In this document: in pieces, positions 31,073-32,000 of the stretch
Numbering within the stretch: position 1 is the first letter of the stretch
Layout of the letters: each line of letters begins with the position of its first letter
Origin: Candidatus Saganbacteria bacterium
Lineage (GTDB): Bacteria; Margulisbacteria; WOR-1; JAKLHX01
Length of the DNA stretch: 32,000 bases
Reading direction: 5' to 3'
NCBI GenBank assembly: GCA_026387835.1
Contig: JAPLKZ010000005.1
Coordinates: 1-32,000 of the forward strand
The notes under the pieces: generated by a model
What the model was told of the DNA's origin: nothing
What the model saw: the letters and a program-made list of their open reading frames with translations, nothing else
The model's database searches: none
Translations under genes and position numbers: made by a program

Positions 31073-31636
31073 TCAGATATTCAGGAAATTCCCCAGCAGT
31101 TTTTTACCATCCTTAGTGAGTATTGATTCCGGGTGGAACTGGACGCCTTCCACTTTGAATTCTTTATGACGTATCCCCATTATCTCGCCGTCTTTCGTCC
31201 AGGCGGATATCTCAAAACAGCCGGGAAGGCTTTCTTTTTCAACTATCAGGGAATGATATCTTGTCGCAGTGAAAGGATCGGGCAGGCCTTTGAAGATAGT
31301 TTTTCCGTCATGATGTATCTGCGAGGTCTTGCCGTGCATGAGGTTCACGGCGCGGACCACTTTCCCTCCAAGGGCTTCCGCTATGGACTGGTGGCCCAGG
31401 CAGACGCCGAGAATAGGGATTTTCCCAGCGAAATCCTTGACTACATCCATAGATATTCCGGCTTCTTTCGGGGTGCAGGGTCCCGGAGAGATAACGATCT
31501 TTTCGGGGGCAATATTTCTTATTTCATTTATCGTAATTTTGTCGTTGCGGTATACCCTCGTTTCGGCGCCGAGCTCGTTGAGATACTGCACGAGATTATA
31601 TGTGAACGAATCGTAATTATCTATCACGAGGAGCAT
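31073..31636 (-). CDS. Anthranilate / aminodeoxychorismate synthase component II (class I glutamine amidotransferase)
   Basis: Conserved stretches include [26 protein letters not shown], the nucleophile in GVCLGHQ, and the catalytic HPES in VQFHPES. TrpG and PabA cannot be told apart from sequence alone. Confidence 0.88.
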   Translation of the reverse strand: MLLVIDNYDSFTYNLVQYLNELGAETRVYRNDKITINEIRNIAPEKIVISPGPCTPKEAGISMDVVKDFAGKIPILGVCLGHQSIAEALGGKVVRAVNLMHGKTSQIHHDGKTIFKGLPDPFTATRYHSLIVEKESLPGCFEISAWTKDGEIMGIRHKEFKVEGVQFHPESILTKDGKKLLGNFLNI

Positions 31637-32000
31637 AAATCCTCACCCCGCCTCGCCCCGCCTTTGGCGGGGACCCGGCACCCCTCTCCACTTCGTGGAG
31701 AGGGGAAAGCAAACTGTTTAAGCTTTTTAAGAACGCTGTTAATATCGGAGATCACCTCATCATTATTAAAACGCAAAATATTTATTCCCTTATTTTCAAT
31801 GATATTTTGTCTTGCCAGATCATATTCCTTTAAATTATGATGAATATTGCCGTCGATTTCAATCCCCAGCCTGATCTCAGGACAAAAAAAGTCCAAAATG
31901 AAACCATCCAAAGGGACTTGACGTCTGAATTTAAGCCCGCAAAGCCCGCGGTTACTCAGATATTTCCATAGAAGGATTTCTGCTCGCGTGGAACTCTTCC
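31624..32000 (-). CDS. DUF559 (Vsr-like) endonuclease-domain protein, 5' end outside the window
   Basis: I translated upstream of the listed ORF and obtained ...[51 protein letters not shown]...ILRFNNDEV. The frame is open to the window edge. The C-terminal tail PSPRSGEG... is encoded by GC-rich hairpins and overlaps the amidotransferase start by 13 nt. Confidence 0.75.
   Translation of the reverse strand, partial: KSSTRAEILLWKYLSNRGLCGLKFRRQVPLDGFILDFFCPEIRLGIEIDGNIHHNLKEYDLARQNIIENKGINILRFNNDEVISDINSVLKKLKQFAFPSPRSGEGCRVPAKGGARRGEDLCSS

Overview
This 32 kb window looks like chromosomal DNA from an unidentified bacterium, probably uncultivated and diderm; I cannot assign a taxon from sequence alone. 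The housekeeping backbone is miaB, prs, hom, pyrK-pyrD, a trpG/pabA-type amidotransferase, an ABC-F ATPase and a tRNA-Gly/Cys/Val cluster. Several accessory modules interrupt it. (1) A class II Fic gene sits in the 3' end of a J-domain chaperone gene, and a displaced copy of that 3' end lies just downstream. (2) A three-gene surface operon on the minus strand encodes an 804 aa tail-fibre-like glycine-rich protein with 300 bp tandem repeats, an IPT/TIG protein with a FlgD-Ig/T9SS-CTD-like tail, and a translationally coupled PorV-like beta-barrel. (3) A lipid-kinase::DUF4239 fusion lies next to a large methyltransferase and a 417 aa unknown protein. (4) Remnants of an integrated element follow tRNA-Val: three direct copies of the tRNA 3' end, a decayed tyrosine-integrase fragment and an AT-rich lipoprotein gene. 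(5) An RR-HK-RR signalling locus has two consensus divergent promoters and a palindromic operator-like site. (6) An operon of three tandem ~300 aa paralogs of unknown function is translationally coupled to a membrane-anchored protein and shows mosaic gene-conversion tracts. The observation I consider most interesting is a bipartite motif, TGAAAT-N16-CGAYAW, which resembles ECF-sigma promoters. It occurs in the correct orientation upstream of five of these otherwise unrelated accessory genes or operons, plus one degenerate sixth site, which suggests a shared alternative-sigma regulon. All function calls come from motif recognition in the supplied translations; no database search was possible.
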